A DNA stretch of 64,000 nucleotides, taken from an uncultured delta proteobacterium (GTDB taxonomy: Bacteria; Desulfobacterota; Binatia; UBA9968). The position numbers and the translations under genes are program-made. The notes beneath the pieces are model-generated. The model searched no databases. It was not told the DNA's origin and worked only from the letters and a program-made list of their open reading frames with translations. Positions 52,715-63,735 of the stretch are shown here, piece by piece (the stretch's first letter is position 1; the number at the start of each line of letters is the position of its first letter). The stretch is from NCBI GenBank assembly GCA_963728565.1, contig CAVSLC010000022.1, positions 1 to 64,000 on the forward strand. The letters are read 5' to 3'.

Positions 52715-54151
52715 CTAAATCCACAGCCCCGCCGGAATTTGCGCCGGCTGGCGCCGCACTTCGCCGCAGCCAGCCGGCGTTGGAAATAGCTTTGCGGGAT
52801 TAAAGCGGCCGTCCGGGTCCAGCGCCGCGCGGACTCGCGCCATCGCCTCGAGATCCGCATCACTAAATAGCAAGCCGATGTAGGCTTTCTTTTCAATGCC
52901 GACGCCATGCTCGCCGGTGATACTGCCGCCGAGCTCTACGCATGCGTTCAATATTGCCGCGCCCGCTTCGATGACTCGATCGAGCTCTCCCGGCGCACGC
53001 ATGTCGAAGAGAATATTGGGATGCAGATTGCCGTCGCCGGCGTGAAATACATTAGCGATGCGTAGATTGTAGTGTTTGCTGATGGCAGCCACTCGCCTCA
53101 TGATTTCCGGCAATTGACTGCGCGGGACAACGCCGTCGTTGACATAGTAATTGGGCGCTAACGAACCCATGGCGCCGAAAGCCCCTTTTCTGCCTTTCCA
53201 AAGCCGTTGCCGTTCGGTTTCGTCCCGCGCCAACCTGACCTCCCGCGCGCCGCTCTGCTCGCAAATCGCATACGCCAATTGCACGGAACGCTCGGTATGC
53301 TCGCGCAAGCCTTCGATTTCAACCAGCAGCACCGCTTCGGCATCGCGGGGAAAGCCTACCGGCGCCCCGGATTCGACGGCTTCAATGGTCGTGCGGTCCA
53401 TCATCTCTAACGCGGCGGGAATGATTCCGGCTCCGGTGATTTCAACCACCGCTCGAGTGGCGTCATCCATGCGATCGTAGATGGCGAGAAGGGTGCGCAC
53501 CGACTCGCGATTGCGCATGAGTTTGACAATTACTTTGGTCACCACACCCATGGTTCCTTCCGAGCCGACAAACACACCACGAAGATCATAGCCGGGCGTG
53601 TCCGGCACTTCGCCACCGAGCCAGACAACCTGACCATCGTCCAAAACGATTTCGAGACCAAGAACGTGATTGGTTGTCACCCCGTAGGCGAGGGTATGCG
53701 GCCCTCCGGAATTGTTGGCGACATTGCCGCCGATGGAGCATGCGGCTTGGCTGCTAGGATCTGGCGCATAAAAAAAGCCGTCATTGGCGACTGCTTTGGT
53801 GAGGTCGAGATTGATAACGCCGGGTTCGACGATAGCAAGGCCGTTCTCGAGATCGATTCTCAAGATACGATCCAAGCGCGCCAGAGATAGCACGATGCCG
53901 CCCTCAGCAGGCACGGCACCGCCGGCCAAACCCGTGCCCGAACCGCGGGGTACGACCGGCACAGCGGCTTGTTTAGCCGTTTTCACCACCGCAGCAACCT
54001 GTTCGACATCGGCAGGCAGGACAACGATCTCCGGCATGACCTGGAAGATTGAGCCGTCTTGTTCGTAGACGATGACGTCCTCCTTTTCGACCAGCACATA
54101 ACGCTCGCCAACGATGGCGCATAGCTGGCGGACGAGGTTGTTCTTATCCAT
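52715..54151 (-). CDS. glcD: Glycolate oxidase subunit GlcD (FAD-linked oxidase)
   Basis: PRGSGTGLAGG, YAPDPSS, GSEGT, HAGDGNLHP, GEHGVG. Confidence 0.9.
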   Translation of the reverse strand: MDKNNLVRQLCAIVGERYVLVEKEDVIVYEQDGSIFQVMPEIVVLPADVEQVAAVVKTAKQAAVPVVPRGSGTGLAGGAVPAEGGIVLSLARLDRILRIDLENGLAIVEPGVINLDLTKAVANDGFFYAPDPSSQAACSIGGNVANNSGGPHTLAYGVTTNHVLGLEIVLDDGQVVWLGGEVPDTPGYDLRGVFVGSEGTMGVVTKVIVKLMRNRESVRTLLAIYDRMDDATRAVVEITGAGIIPAALEMMDRTTIEAVESGAPVGFPRDAEAVLLVEIEGLREHTERSVQLAYAICEQSGAREVRLARDETERQRLWKGRKGAFGAMGSLAPNYYVNDGVVPRSQLPEIMRRVAAISKHYNLRIANVFHAGDGNLHPNILFDMRAPGELDRVIEAGAAILNACVELGGSITGEHGVGIEKKAYIGLLFSDADLEAMARVRAALDPDGRFNPAKLFPTPAGCGEVRRQPAQIPAGLWI

Positions 54152-54429
54152 TTGGCTCTATCTGTTTCCCGGCGATCCCTTGGAAGCGTAGCGGAGACTG
54201 GAATACAGTGTCAATGAGCGAGACCAAAGAACTCGAGCCGATGCAATGAGCTGAGATCAGCAATTGATATTCTAAGCGACACGACTTCCGTGAGACAACC
54301 GTAAGGATTAACACTTTCCAATCGCCGTGAGTTGTGCAGGCTGGACACGCCATTGACGTAAGTCCGGAACCTGTAATATAAACCGTGAACGCCAAGTTGC
54401 CGTGTCGTGCTTATCTGAGAGGAGAAACC

Positions 54430-55608
54430 ATGGCTAGTCAAGAGAAGCTACAAGATCAAGATGCCAAGAAGATCTCACGCCGGAACGTTCTCAAAGCGGC
54501 GGTTGTCGCGGGTGGCGCTGCGGCTCTCGGCTTCCCGATGATTGCCCGAGGCCAAACAGGGCCGGTCACAATGCGCTGGCAGAGCACGTGGCCGCAAAAA
54601 GACATTTTTCACGAGTTCGCCCTCGACTTCGCCAAGAAGGTCAACGACACGACCGGCGGCGATTTGAAGATCGAGGTCTTGCCTGCGGGCGCTGTAGTGC
54701 CGGCCTTCCAGCTTCTCGACGCGGTGTCGAAAGGCACACTCGACGGCGGCCATGGCGTGGTCGTGTACCATTATGGCAAGCAGACGGCCCTGGCGCTTTG
54801 GGGCTCGGGTCCGAGCTACGGGATGGATGCCAATATGATGCTTGCGTGGCACAAGTACGGTGGCGGCAAGGACTTGCTCGAAAAGCTCTACAAGTCCATC
54901 GGCGCCAACGTGGTCTCTTTCTTGTACGGCCCGATGCCGACTCAGCCGCTTGGCTGGTTCAAGAAGCCGATCACCAGGGCCGACGACATCAAGGGGCTCA
55001 AATTCCGCACCGTCGGCCTCTCGATTGACGTGTTCACGGGGTTGGGCGCGGCGGTGAACGCGCTCCCGGGCGGCGAGATCGTGCCGGCGATGGACCGGGG
55101 ACTGCTCGATGCCGCCGAGTTCAACAATGCGTCCTCGGATCGCCTCCTTGGCTTCCCTGACGTTTCCAAAGTTTGCATGTTGCAGAGCTACCACCAGAAC
55201 GCTGAGCAGTTTGAAATTTTGTTCAACAAGACGAAGTTCGATGCGCTGCCGGCGAAGATGAAGGCGCTGATCGAATCTACGGTGGAAGCCGCTTCGCAGG
55301 ATATGTCGTGGAAGGCGATCGATCGCTACTCAAAAGATTATGTCGAGATGCAGGCCAAAGACAAAGTCAGATTTTACAGGACGCCGGACTCCGTGCTCCA
55401 GAGGCAACTCCAGGCATACGACGCCGCAGCCGACAAGAAGGCCGCCGAAAATCCAATGTTCAAGGAGATTACTGCGTCACAGCGGGTTTTTGCTGAGCGG
55501 GCGGTGAAGTGGGATTTGGACACTAACGTTGGTCGCCGCATGGCCTACAACCACTATTTTGCCAAAGCGGCCGGCAAAACCGCACCGGAAGGAAGTAAAA
55601 AGAGCTAA
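54430..55608 (+). CDS. dctP: TRAP transporter substrate-binding protein (TakP-like) with Tat signal
   Basis: SRRNVLK Tat motif, QPLGWF, GLKFRT, LPGGEI, AAEF. Confidence 0.92.
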   Translation: MASQEKLQDQDAKKISRRNVLKAAVVAGGAAALGFPMIARGQTGPVTMRWQSTWPQKDIFHEFALDFAKKVNDTTGGDLKIEVLPAGAVVPAFQLLDAVSKGTLDGGHGVVVYHYGKQTALALWGSGPSYGMDANMMLAWHKYGGGKDLLEKLYKSIGANVVSFLYGPMPTQPLGWFKKPITRADDIKGLKFRTVGLSIDVFTGLGAAVNALPGGEIVPAMDRGLLDAAEFNNASSDRLLGFPDVSKVCMLQSYHQNAEQFEILFNKTKFDALPAKMKALIESTVEAASQDMSWKAIDRYSKDYVEMQAKDKVRFYRTPDSVLQRQLQAYDAAADKKAAENPMFKEITASQRVFAERAVKWDLDTNVGRRMAYNHYFAKAAGKTAPEGSKKS

Positions 55609-55670
55609 TTCTTCCGTGGATCGTATCCAGCTTCTCCATCAGCCATAATCTCGGGCTGATCCCTGGTGTT

Positions 55671-56360
55671 TTGTACACCGTGAATGCCTACCGACTACTC
55701 CGAGCCATCGATCAACTCAGCTACTGGTCGGGCAAGGCTTTTGCCTGGCTGATCGTCGCGCTCACACTCGTTGTCTCGGTGGAGGTTTTCAAACGCTACA
55801 TCCTGAATGCTCCCACGGCCTGGATCTTCGACTTCAACAACATGCTTTATGGTACGCTGTTCATGATGTGCGGCGCTTACACCTTGTCGCTCAGTGGGCA
55901 CGTGCGCGCCGACTTCATATACGCCCGGCTGTCGCCGAAGATGCAGGCGGCGCTGGACTTAGCACTTTATATACTTTTCTTTGTCCCAGGCATTCTGGCA
56001 CTTATCTATGCCGGCTACGGTTACGCCGCCGAGTCGTGGCAGATCGGAGAGCACTCGACTGTGACCGCGGAGGGACCACCGGTTTATCACTTCAAGTCCG
56101 TGATCCCGATCGCCGGCGCGCTGGTGATGCTCCAGGGTGTCGCAGAGATCGCGCGTTGCATCCTGTGCTTGCGCACCGGCACCTGGCCGGCGCGATTGGA
56201 AGATGTCGAAGAAATAGACGTCGTCGGCGGACAGCTTGCTCACAGCGAGTTTGTCGACGAAGAGTCGCGCCGCGCTGCGGCCGGATCGGCACACGCGCTG
56301 GACGAAGCCGCGCGCCAGCGCACCCTGGTGGATGAAAGAAAGGACGGCAAGGGTGAGTGA
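55671..56360 (+). CDS. dctQ: TRAP transporter small permease
   Basis: RYILNAPTAW, GHVRAD, four TM segments. Confidence 0.9.
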   Translation: MYTVNAYRLLRAIDQLSYWSGKAFAWLIVALTLVVSVEVFKRYILNAPTAWIFDFNNMLYGTLFMMCGAYTLSLSGHVRADFIYARLSPKMQAALDLALYILFFVPGILALIYAGYGYAAESWQIGEHSTVTAEGPPVYHFKSVIPIAGALVMLQGVAEIARCILCLRTGTWPARLEDVEEIDVVGGQLAHSEFVDEESRRAAAGSAHALDEAARQRTLVDERKDGKGE

Positions 56361-58393
56361 CCCAGCGCTCGGATTGACCATGCTTGGGCTCATCGTGATC
56401 GCGATCATGATGGGCTTTCCAACCGCCTTCACCTTAATGGGGCTGGGGATGCTCTTTGGCTTTCTCGCTTTTTGGACTCCTTCACAGCACTGGTACGACA
56501 ATCAGGTCTTCGATCTCATGGTGCAGCGCACGTATGGTGTGATGACCAATGATACTTTGCTGTCTGTGCCGCTCTTCGTTTTCATGGGCTACATTATGGA
56601 GCGCGCCGCTCTGGTCGACCGAATGTTTCATAGCGTCCAGCTTGCGTTTCGGCGAGTGCCCGCCTCGCTCGCCGTGACCACCTTGCTGGTGTGCGCCTTT
56701 TGGGGAATCGCTTCGGGCATCGTCGGCGCGGTGGTGGTTCTGATGGGAGTGATCGCCATGCGTCCGATGCTGAATGCCGGTTACGACGTACGGCTCGCGT
56801 CGGGTGCAATCACGGCGGGCGGCACGCTGGGTATTTTGATTCCGCCCTCGGTGATGCTCATTGTCTATGCGGCGGTGGCCGGAGAGTCGATCGTCAAGCT
56901 CTATGCGGCGGCAATGCTGCCCGGGTTTTTCCTAACGTTCCTCTATCTCGCCTTCATTCTCGGCTGGGCAATCATCAATCCGAAGATTGCGCCTAAGTTG
57001 CCGCTGGAACAGTATCGGATCGCGACGCCGCAATGGCTCCGACGGCTCGAACGTGGTTCGGCCCGACGGATCGTTGCCGGTCTCCTCGCCGCCATGTTTC
57101 GACCGAAATTGTTGCACGGCGCGACTTCACCCGACGGTCATCGGATAACCTATGGTCTGATCGTCAAAAACGTCCTGACGCTGATGGTTCCGGCAGTATT
57201 GACGATCGGAATGTTTGCTACCGCCTGGTGGTATGTCGTCATCTATAACGCTCCCAGTACCGCCGTCGCTCCGGAGAACGGGGCTGCGCAACCGCTGAAC
57301 TTGCCGCCAGCTGCTTTGGAGAGGCCGCAGGAAACGCCGCAGGAAAAATTGCAAGAGCTCGGAGGGCCACCAACCGCGTCGGAGTTCTCCGAATCGCCTC
57401 TGCTCCCGGACGGGCCGCCTCAGGAAATGGGCTCACTGGCCGAGCCGCCAGGCGCATCGGCCACCCGCAAAACTCCGGAATATTTCTATCTCGTGTTCTG
57501 GGGAATGGCGGCTTTTTCGACGATTCTTCTTGCCATCTACTATTGGCGTATGGATGGCGAGCAGCTCGAGATATTGAAGGAACTGGTCGTCTCGGTAGTG
57601 CCGCTGGGAGTGCTGACGGTGGTGGTGCTCGCAGTGATTTTGTTCGGCATCACTACGGCCACCGAATCGGCTGCAGTGGGAGCGCTCGGAGCTCTCTATC
57701 TTGCGGTGATGGCCAAATACCCGCGCCACGTTTGGTCCTGGAGTCTGGTCGGAGCCAGTTATTGGGGTGATCCTCAGCTGGCCGCGCGGCGGCGTGGTGA
57801 CTGTGCTCGTCTCGGGTTCTCTTGGAGGCGTATTCGCCGGAACGCTCGTTCCCTGGTTTTGGGGGCTGAGAAGGTCCAAGCAGCTCTGGCAAAATCTCAA
57901 AGAATCGGTTTTCCTGACTGCGAAGACCACGGCTATGGTCTGCTGGCTCTTCATTGGCTCGGCGCTTTTCTCCGGTGTCTTTGCGCTTCATGGCGGACAG
58001 GCGCTCATCGAACGCTGGGTTCTGGGGATGAACCTCTCTCCCGTCGGTTTTTTGATCATGGCGCAATTGATTATATTTCTACTTGGCTGGCCGCTCGAGT
58101 GGACTGAGATCATCGTTATCTTCTGTCCGATTTTCATACCGCTGCTCGGCCATTTTAACGTCGATCCGATTTTGTTCGGCACCATGGTAGCGGTTAATTT
58201 GCAAGCGGCCTTTTTGTCGCCCCCCGTGGCGATGTCAGCCTTTTATCTGAAGGGGGTTGCGCCGAAGCACGTCACTCTCAACCAGATTTTTGCCGGCATG
58301 ATGCCGTACATGCTGATTGTCCTTCTGTGCCTGGTGTGCATGTACATCTGGCCGGGCATGACGCTCTGGCTGCCCGAATTCCTGTATGGTTAG
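56353..58393 (+). CDS. dctM: TRAP transporter large permease (frameshift near 57760)
   Basis: VPLFVFMG, GGTLGILIPPS, TATESAAVG, LSPPVA; ORFs 56236-58107 and 57767-58393. Confidence 0.9.
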
Positions 58394-58538
58394 TGCAGGT
58401 GCAACTGACTTCGCTATACCGCGTTCTCGGTCGTCGCCGATCCTCAGCGTACTAACAACGTACGCTTCCGGTGCGGCTTCTTCCTCGGGCCTTGTCTGGC
58501 TCGTCATTTGTATCTGCACGATCGCTGAGAAATATAGG

Positions 58539-59879
58539 ATGGAACTAACCGATCTTCACTTGCTCTCGGCTTCGGAGGCTGCCCGTTTGATCCGTGACGG
58601 CATCATCAGCTCGGAGCAGCTGGTCGAGGCTTGTCTAGCGCGCATACGCGAAGTGGAGCCGCGAGTTCAGGCCTGGGCGTTTCTCGATGCGGACTATGCA
58701 CTGACACAGGCGCGTTCCCGCGATGAGCTGCGTTTATCGGGCGGAGCAATCGGTCCGCTGCACGGCGTTCCGATTGGCCTTAAAGATATTTTCGACACGA
58801 CAGACATGCCGACGGAATGCGGTTCGGTGCTATACGCCGGGCGAACTCCGTCGCGCGACGCGACCGTGACGGCCATGTTGCGCGCCGCAGGCGCGGTGAT
58901 CATGGGGAAAACCGTGACCACCGAGTTTGCCTACTTCTCACCCGGTAAAACGCGCAACCCGCATAATCTTGAACATACTCCCGGGGGATCCTCCAGCGGT
59001 TCAGCAGCCGCGGTGGCGGCAAGCATGGTGCCGCTGGCGCTGGGAAGCCAAACCAACGGTTCAACCATTCGTCCCGCGGCGTATTGCGGTGTGATCGGGT
59101 TCAAGCCGACCCACGGTCTGATTTCTCGCCATGGCGCCTTGGCCCTCTCGCGCACCCTCGATCATGTCGGCCTGTTCGCTAATTCGCTTGACGACATCGC
59201 TCTCCTCGCCGAACAAATCGTCCGGTACGACGAGAACGATCCCGACACGAGGCCTCGGGCGCATCTCCCATTTGCCGGGATCACCGCGGAAGAGCCGCCG
59301 TTACCGCCGATGTTCGCATTCATCAAAACGCCTCATTGGCAATGCGCCGACGAAGAAACCCGAGAAGGATTCGCCGAGATCATTGAACATCTCGGTAGTC
59401 AGGTCGAAGAAGTCGAATTATTTGCTTCGGCGGGGGACGCTTGGCAGTGGCACCAGAGTATCATGAGCGCCGAAATGGCTTACAATCTCGAGCGCGAATG
59501 GAGGATCGGCGGGGCTCGTCTATCGGAACAACTGCGGGTGCAGATCGAGGGCGGACGCGAAGTGCGCGCGGCGGAGTATCTTGACGCGCTCAGGCGCATA
59601 AGGTTGCTCAATGACAGTTTCATCGAGCTTTTCGAACAGCGCTATGACGCAATTCTCACTCCTGCCGCACCGAGCGCGGCGCCGAAAGGTCTGGCCAGTA
59701 CCGGCGATCCGTCGTTCTGCACGCTCTGGACCTTCTGCGGCATGCCCGCGCTGAGTTTGCCGTTGTTGCAGAGCAGTGCCGGCATGCCTCTCGGTGTTCA
59801 ACTCGTCGGTCCCCGTTACGGTGATGCGCGATTGTTGCGAACGGCGCGCTGGCTGGCGGCGAAAGTTGCAACGTCTTGA
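58539..59879 (+). CDS. Amidase signature family protein
   Basis: GPLHGVPIGLKD, PGGSSSGS, GSQTNGSTIRPA. Confidence 0.93.
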   Translation: MELTDLHLLSASEAARLIRDGIISSEQLVEACLARIREVEPRVQAWAFLDADYALTQARSRDELRLSGGAIGPLHGVPIGLKDIFDTTDMPTECGSVLYAGRTPSRDATVTAMLRAAGAVIMGKTVTTEFAYFSPGKTRNPHNLEHTPGGSSSGSAAAVAASMVPLALGSQTNGSTIRPAAYCGVIGFKPTHGLISRHGALALSRTLDHVGLFANSLDDIALLAEQIVRYDENDPDTRPRAHLPFAGITAEEPPLPPMFAFIKTPHWQCADEETREGFAEIIEHLGSQVEEVELFASAGDAWQWHQSIMSAEMAYNLEREWRIGGARLSEQLRVQIEGGREVRAAEYLDALRRIRLLNDSFIELFEQRYDAILTPAAPSAAPKGLASTGDPSFCTLWTFCGMPALSLPLLQSSAGMPLGVQLVGPRYGDARLLRTARWLAAKVATS

Positions 59880-60089
59880 GCATTATCATTTCGGATGGGG
59901 ACCGGCTGGTCGCCGCTAACTAATCTAATCTAAAGATTCGTTTTTGTATGCGATTCGTCCGGTGTCGGACCTCGGAACGAACCTTAGTCTTTGGCAAAGC
60001 TCGATGGTAACGGCGGCACCAGATCGGTCAAAGCCAACGTCGACTAGAAGGGCAAGGGCAATTGAGTTCGATAATCCAAAATCGCACGC

Positions 60090-61368
60090 CTACCAGTTCA
60101 CCAGTTCGACCAAGCCGAGGCTGATCCATGGAACATAGGTGACTAGCAGAGTAACCAAAACGAGAACGACCGTGAACGGCCAACCCGCTTTGAAGACCTC
60201 CCAGAAGGGCAAACGCGCGATGGTAGCGACGGTGAAGAGCACGGTGGCGACGGGCGGGGTCTGCTGGCCGACGCCGAGGTTGATCGTCACGATAATACCG
60301 AAGTGGATCGGGTCCACGCCGATCTGGCGAATCAGCGGCATGACGATGGGAACGATCAGAATAATCGCCGCTGCCGAGTGGAGAAACATCCCGGCAATGA
60401 AGAAAGAAAATGTTTAAAAAGAGCAGTATCAAGTATCTGTTCGATGTCGTCTCAAGGATCATGCGAGCAAACTTCTGCGGAATCTGCTCACTCGTCAGAA
60501 ACCACCCGAGCACGGCAGATGACGCGACGATCAACATGACCACGGCGGTCTGTCCGCTTGAATCATTCACGACGCGGGTGATCTCGCGCACCGGCAGCTC
60601 GCGGTAGAGTAAGGCGCCAATGATTAATGCCGCGACTACAGACAGCGCGGCCACCTCGGTGGCGGTGGCGATGCCGAGAAAGATGCCGCCCCAGATCACA
60701 ATCGGAATCAAAAGTGCCCAGAATGCTCGAACGGTAGCTTTTCCGACCTCGTTTAAAGAGAATTTCTGCTCTACCGGTAAATCTAATTTGCGCGCGTAAT
60801 AGTAGCTGAGCCCCATCATGCTTGCGCAAGCGATAAAGCCGGGGAGAAAACCCGCAAAAAAGAGCTTGGCTACTGACACCTCGGCCATCCAGGCATAGAT
60901 GATCATAGGAATGGAAGGGGGGATGAGAATGGCAGCCGAGGCAGCGTTGGAAACGATGGCCGCGCTTAGCGCCCTTGGATAACCCCGCTTCTCCATGGCA
61001 GGGATCACAACGTTTCCGATCGCAGCCGCGTCAGCGACCGATGATCCCGAGATCTCGCTCTGAATCATCGTCGCCACCACAGTCACCATCGCAAGTCCGC
61101 CGCGGATAAACCCGACAAAACTATTGGCTAGGTTCACGAGCCGCAGCGAGATGCCCGAAGTCTCCATCAGGCCGCCGGCCAAGATGAAGAGCGGAATCGC
61201 GAGTAACGGAAAACTCGACGCCCCGGAAAAAAGATTTAGCGGGACGACGCTGAGCGATGCGGTTCCCTTCCAGAGAAGAAACAGAATGGTGGTGATCGAA
61301 AGGCCGAACCCGATCGGGACGTTGAAGACCGTGAGGAGAATGATTACTCCGAGGATGAGCCACTCCAC
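60090..61368 (-). CDS. dctM: TRAP transporter large permease (frameshift near 60400)
   Basis: AIPLFILAG, SGSSVAD, IPPSI, DPIHFG, TPPV. Confidence 0.9.
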
Positions 61369-61859
61369 GCCGCTTCAGCTCCTTTCCCAGTCGCGTTGCC
61401 GAAGAGAAGATGATGCAGTCGCTCAAGGCTGATAAGGAGCATGAGCCCACCGGCAATAGGGAGCACGCTGTAGACCCACGCCATTTTGACCCAAGGAAGC
61501 GAAACCGCAGTCTCGTTGCCCATCTTCTGCGTGAGGGTCCATCCATAGTAGAAAAGCACAATTTGGAATCCCAAGACGAAGAGCTCGGCGATAACGTCGG
61601 CCATCCTTCTGGTGTTCGGCATGAACCGATTTACCACCAAGTCAAATCCGATATGTCGGCCACGGTAAGAGGCCGCCACCGCTCCGTAGAAGGTCAGCCA
61701 GACCAGCAGGTAGGAAGCGAACTCGTCATACCAGGCAAGAGATGCGCCGAGGACGTAGCGGAAGAAGACCCCCATGAAAACCACGACGACCATCAAGACC
61801 AGCAGGAACATCGACCACCAGTCGAGAACGCTGATCAATCGATCGAAGATTCGCCGCAT
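61344..61859 (-). CDS. dctQ: TRAP transporter small permease
   Basis: FRYV, WYDEFA, HIGFD, four TM segments. Confidence 0.9.
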   Translation of the reverse strand: MRRIFDRLISVLDWWSMFLLVLMVVVVFMGVFFRYVLGASLAWYDEFASYLLVWLTFYGAVAASYRGRHIGFDLVVNRFMPNTRRMADVIAELFVLGFQIVLFYYGWTLTQKMGNETAVSLPWVKMAWVYSVLPIAGGLMLLISLERLHHLLFGNATGKGAEAAWSGSSSE

Positions 61860-61943
61860 GGATTGCTCCAGTTTAAATTTTTGATCTTGCGTATCGAGTT
61901 CTAAATGCCAGGTTCTAAGACCCACGGTGCGAATATTTTTGCT

Positions 61944-62922
61944 TCAGCGCAGCGACTGGACTACCTTGATGAGATCTGTCCCGCCGGCGACTTCTTTACC
62001 AAATTCTTCGTAGATCGCCGCCGAGCGCCTTAATGAAAGCTTCTTTGTCGGCTTCGTTTACCTTCATTGGCGGGGAAAGTTTGCCCATCAGTTCCTTATC
62101 CAGCCGTTCGCCCTCAGAGCGGGCAAAGTCCCCGAGGTCCCAGGCGATCTTGACGAGCGTGCTCTGGATATCTTTAGGCAGCTTTGACCACACATCTTCG
62201 CCAATCACCAGATAAGCAGGTGTATAGACATGGCCGGTCAACGAAAGAAATTTTTGCACTTCGTAAAATTTCGCGGAGGCGATTTGTGGGAACGGGTTTT
62301 CCTGCGCGTCCATGACGCCGGACTGCAGTGCCGAATAGACTTCCGCCAAGGGCATGGGCGACGGATTCGCCCCGTAGTCTTTAAACATCTTTACCCGCCA
62401 GACTCCGCCGGGCACTCTCAACTTGATCCCTTTCAAATCCTCTGGCTTTATGATCGGCCGTACATTGTTGGTGATATGGCGAAAGCCGTTCTCCCATACC
62501 CCCAGGACCCTGATTCCTTTTGTCGGCAGGCCGCCGAAGAGCTGGTCCTGCACCTGTTTGTTCTCAGCCACTTTCTTCATATGGGCTCGGCTGACAATGA
62601 GGTAGGGCATCTCGAAGACGCCGAATTTGGCATCCATGGTGCTCATGACCGTTGAGGGCGCCACCATCTCCGGGGCGCCAACCTTGATGCCTCGCATCAT
62701 CTGCTCGTCGCTGCCGAGCTGGCTTGAATGAAAGACCTTGACCTCTAATTTACCTTTGAGCGCAGCGTTGACTCGCCTGGCATATTCATCAGTCGTCACG
62801 GCGAAGAGCGAGCCGGGAAAACCGACGTGACCCAGGCGCAACGTTGTTGTCTGCGCCAGGGACGCTTGAGCCCATATACTGAACAAGGTCATCACAAGAA
62901 TAGTGATCAATGTCCGCTTCAT
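61944..62922 (-). CDS. dctP: TRAP transporter substrate-binding protein (frameshift near 62025)
   Basis: Signal peptide, SQLG, ENGFRH, LKGIKLRV, EVYSALQSG..DAQENP; corrected end IKVVQSLR* at 61944. Confidence 0.9.
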
Positions 62923-62973
62923 CTCGTTTCTCCTTTTCGCCATGTCCAGCTTACGGCTAGAGTTATTGAAGCC

Positions 62974-63677
62974 TTATCGAAGCTTGGTCCGTGCCTCGAT
63001 CAGGATGGTTTCAGCCCGCCTGATGTTGAACACCCCGCAGCTGCAAAATCGCGCCATCGTGCGCGCGACTTCCGCCGCGCCGCGCCGATTTTCCTTGACC
63101 CAATCGATCATCTTTTTGGCGAAAGTGGCGGATACCATGCATGACCGCACATGGTCGTGAGCTCAAGAACAGTGGCGTCCGGCAAACGGTCCACTCGCCC
63201 GCAAAACCCCAGAGAGTATTCTACGCTATGACGGGTAATCCCGGTGTCACGGCAACAACGGACCGCATCTTCAATGGGCGCGCTGATGTTCACCGAGATG
63301 CCTAAGTTTGCGCGCTGGACGTCGTCGACGAAGGCCTTCATATTCTGATAGCTGTCAAAGACCGCTGCCGCCGTCGTGTGGCCCTCAATACCCGCGATCA
63401 CTTCTTCGGGGTTGGATCGATGATCGCGCCTCCAGTGGGCTTTCGGATTCAGATCTTGCTTTGGTCGAAGCATGCCGCCTTTGGCAGCGTCGCCGATGTT
63501 CACGGGATGATGCTTCAGTGCGAGGCGCAAAAAAGTGCGATACTTTTCAACCAGACCGTCGTCGTTAATGCCGCGGCTCGCCATCGCGAAGACGATGAAA
63601 TCGTCGGCAACCGGCGCCGGGTTCGCCGGCTTCTCAGAGGCATAGTGCTCGCTGTAGCGATGCAGCGTGTTGGTCAT
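62974..63677 (-). CDS. Conserved uncharacterised Cys/His-motif protein (frameshift near 63140)
   Basis: MTNTLHR, HSVEYSLG, TTMCGH; restoring one G gives CGHGMVS...FCSCGVFN...KLR* at 62974. Confidence 0.75.
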
Positions 63678-63735
63678 TACGAATCATTCCAAAAGGACAA
63701 GCGCAGCTCGCAATTGATTTTGCATTTCTCAATTT

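Noticed and set aside
52693-52908. N-terminal extension of glcF and the many short antisense ORFs in the track
   Set aside because: They overlap well-supported genes, lack motifs or an RBS, and are expected shadow ORFs in GC-rich DNA
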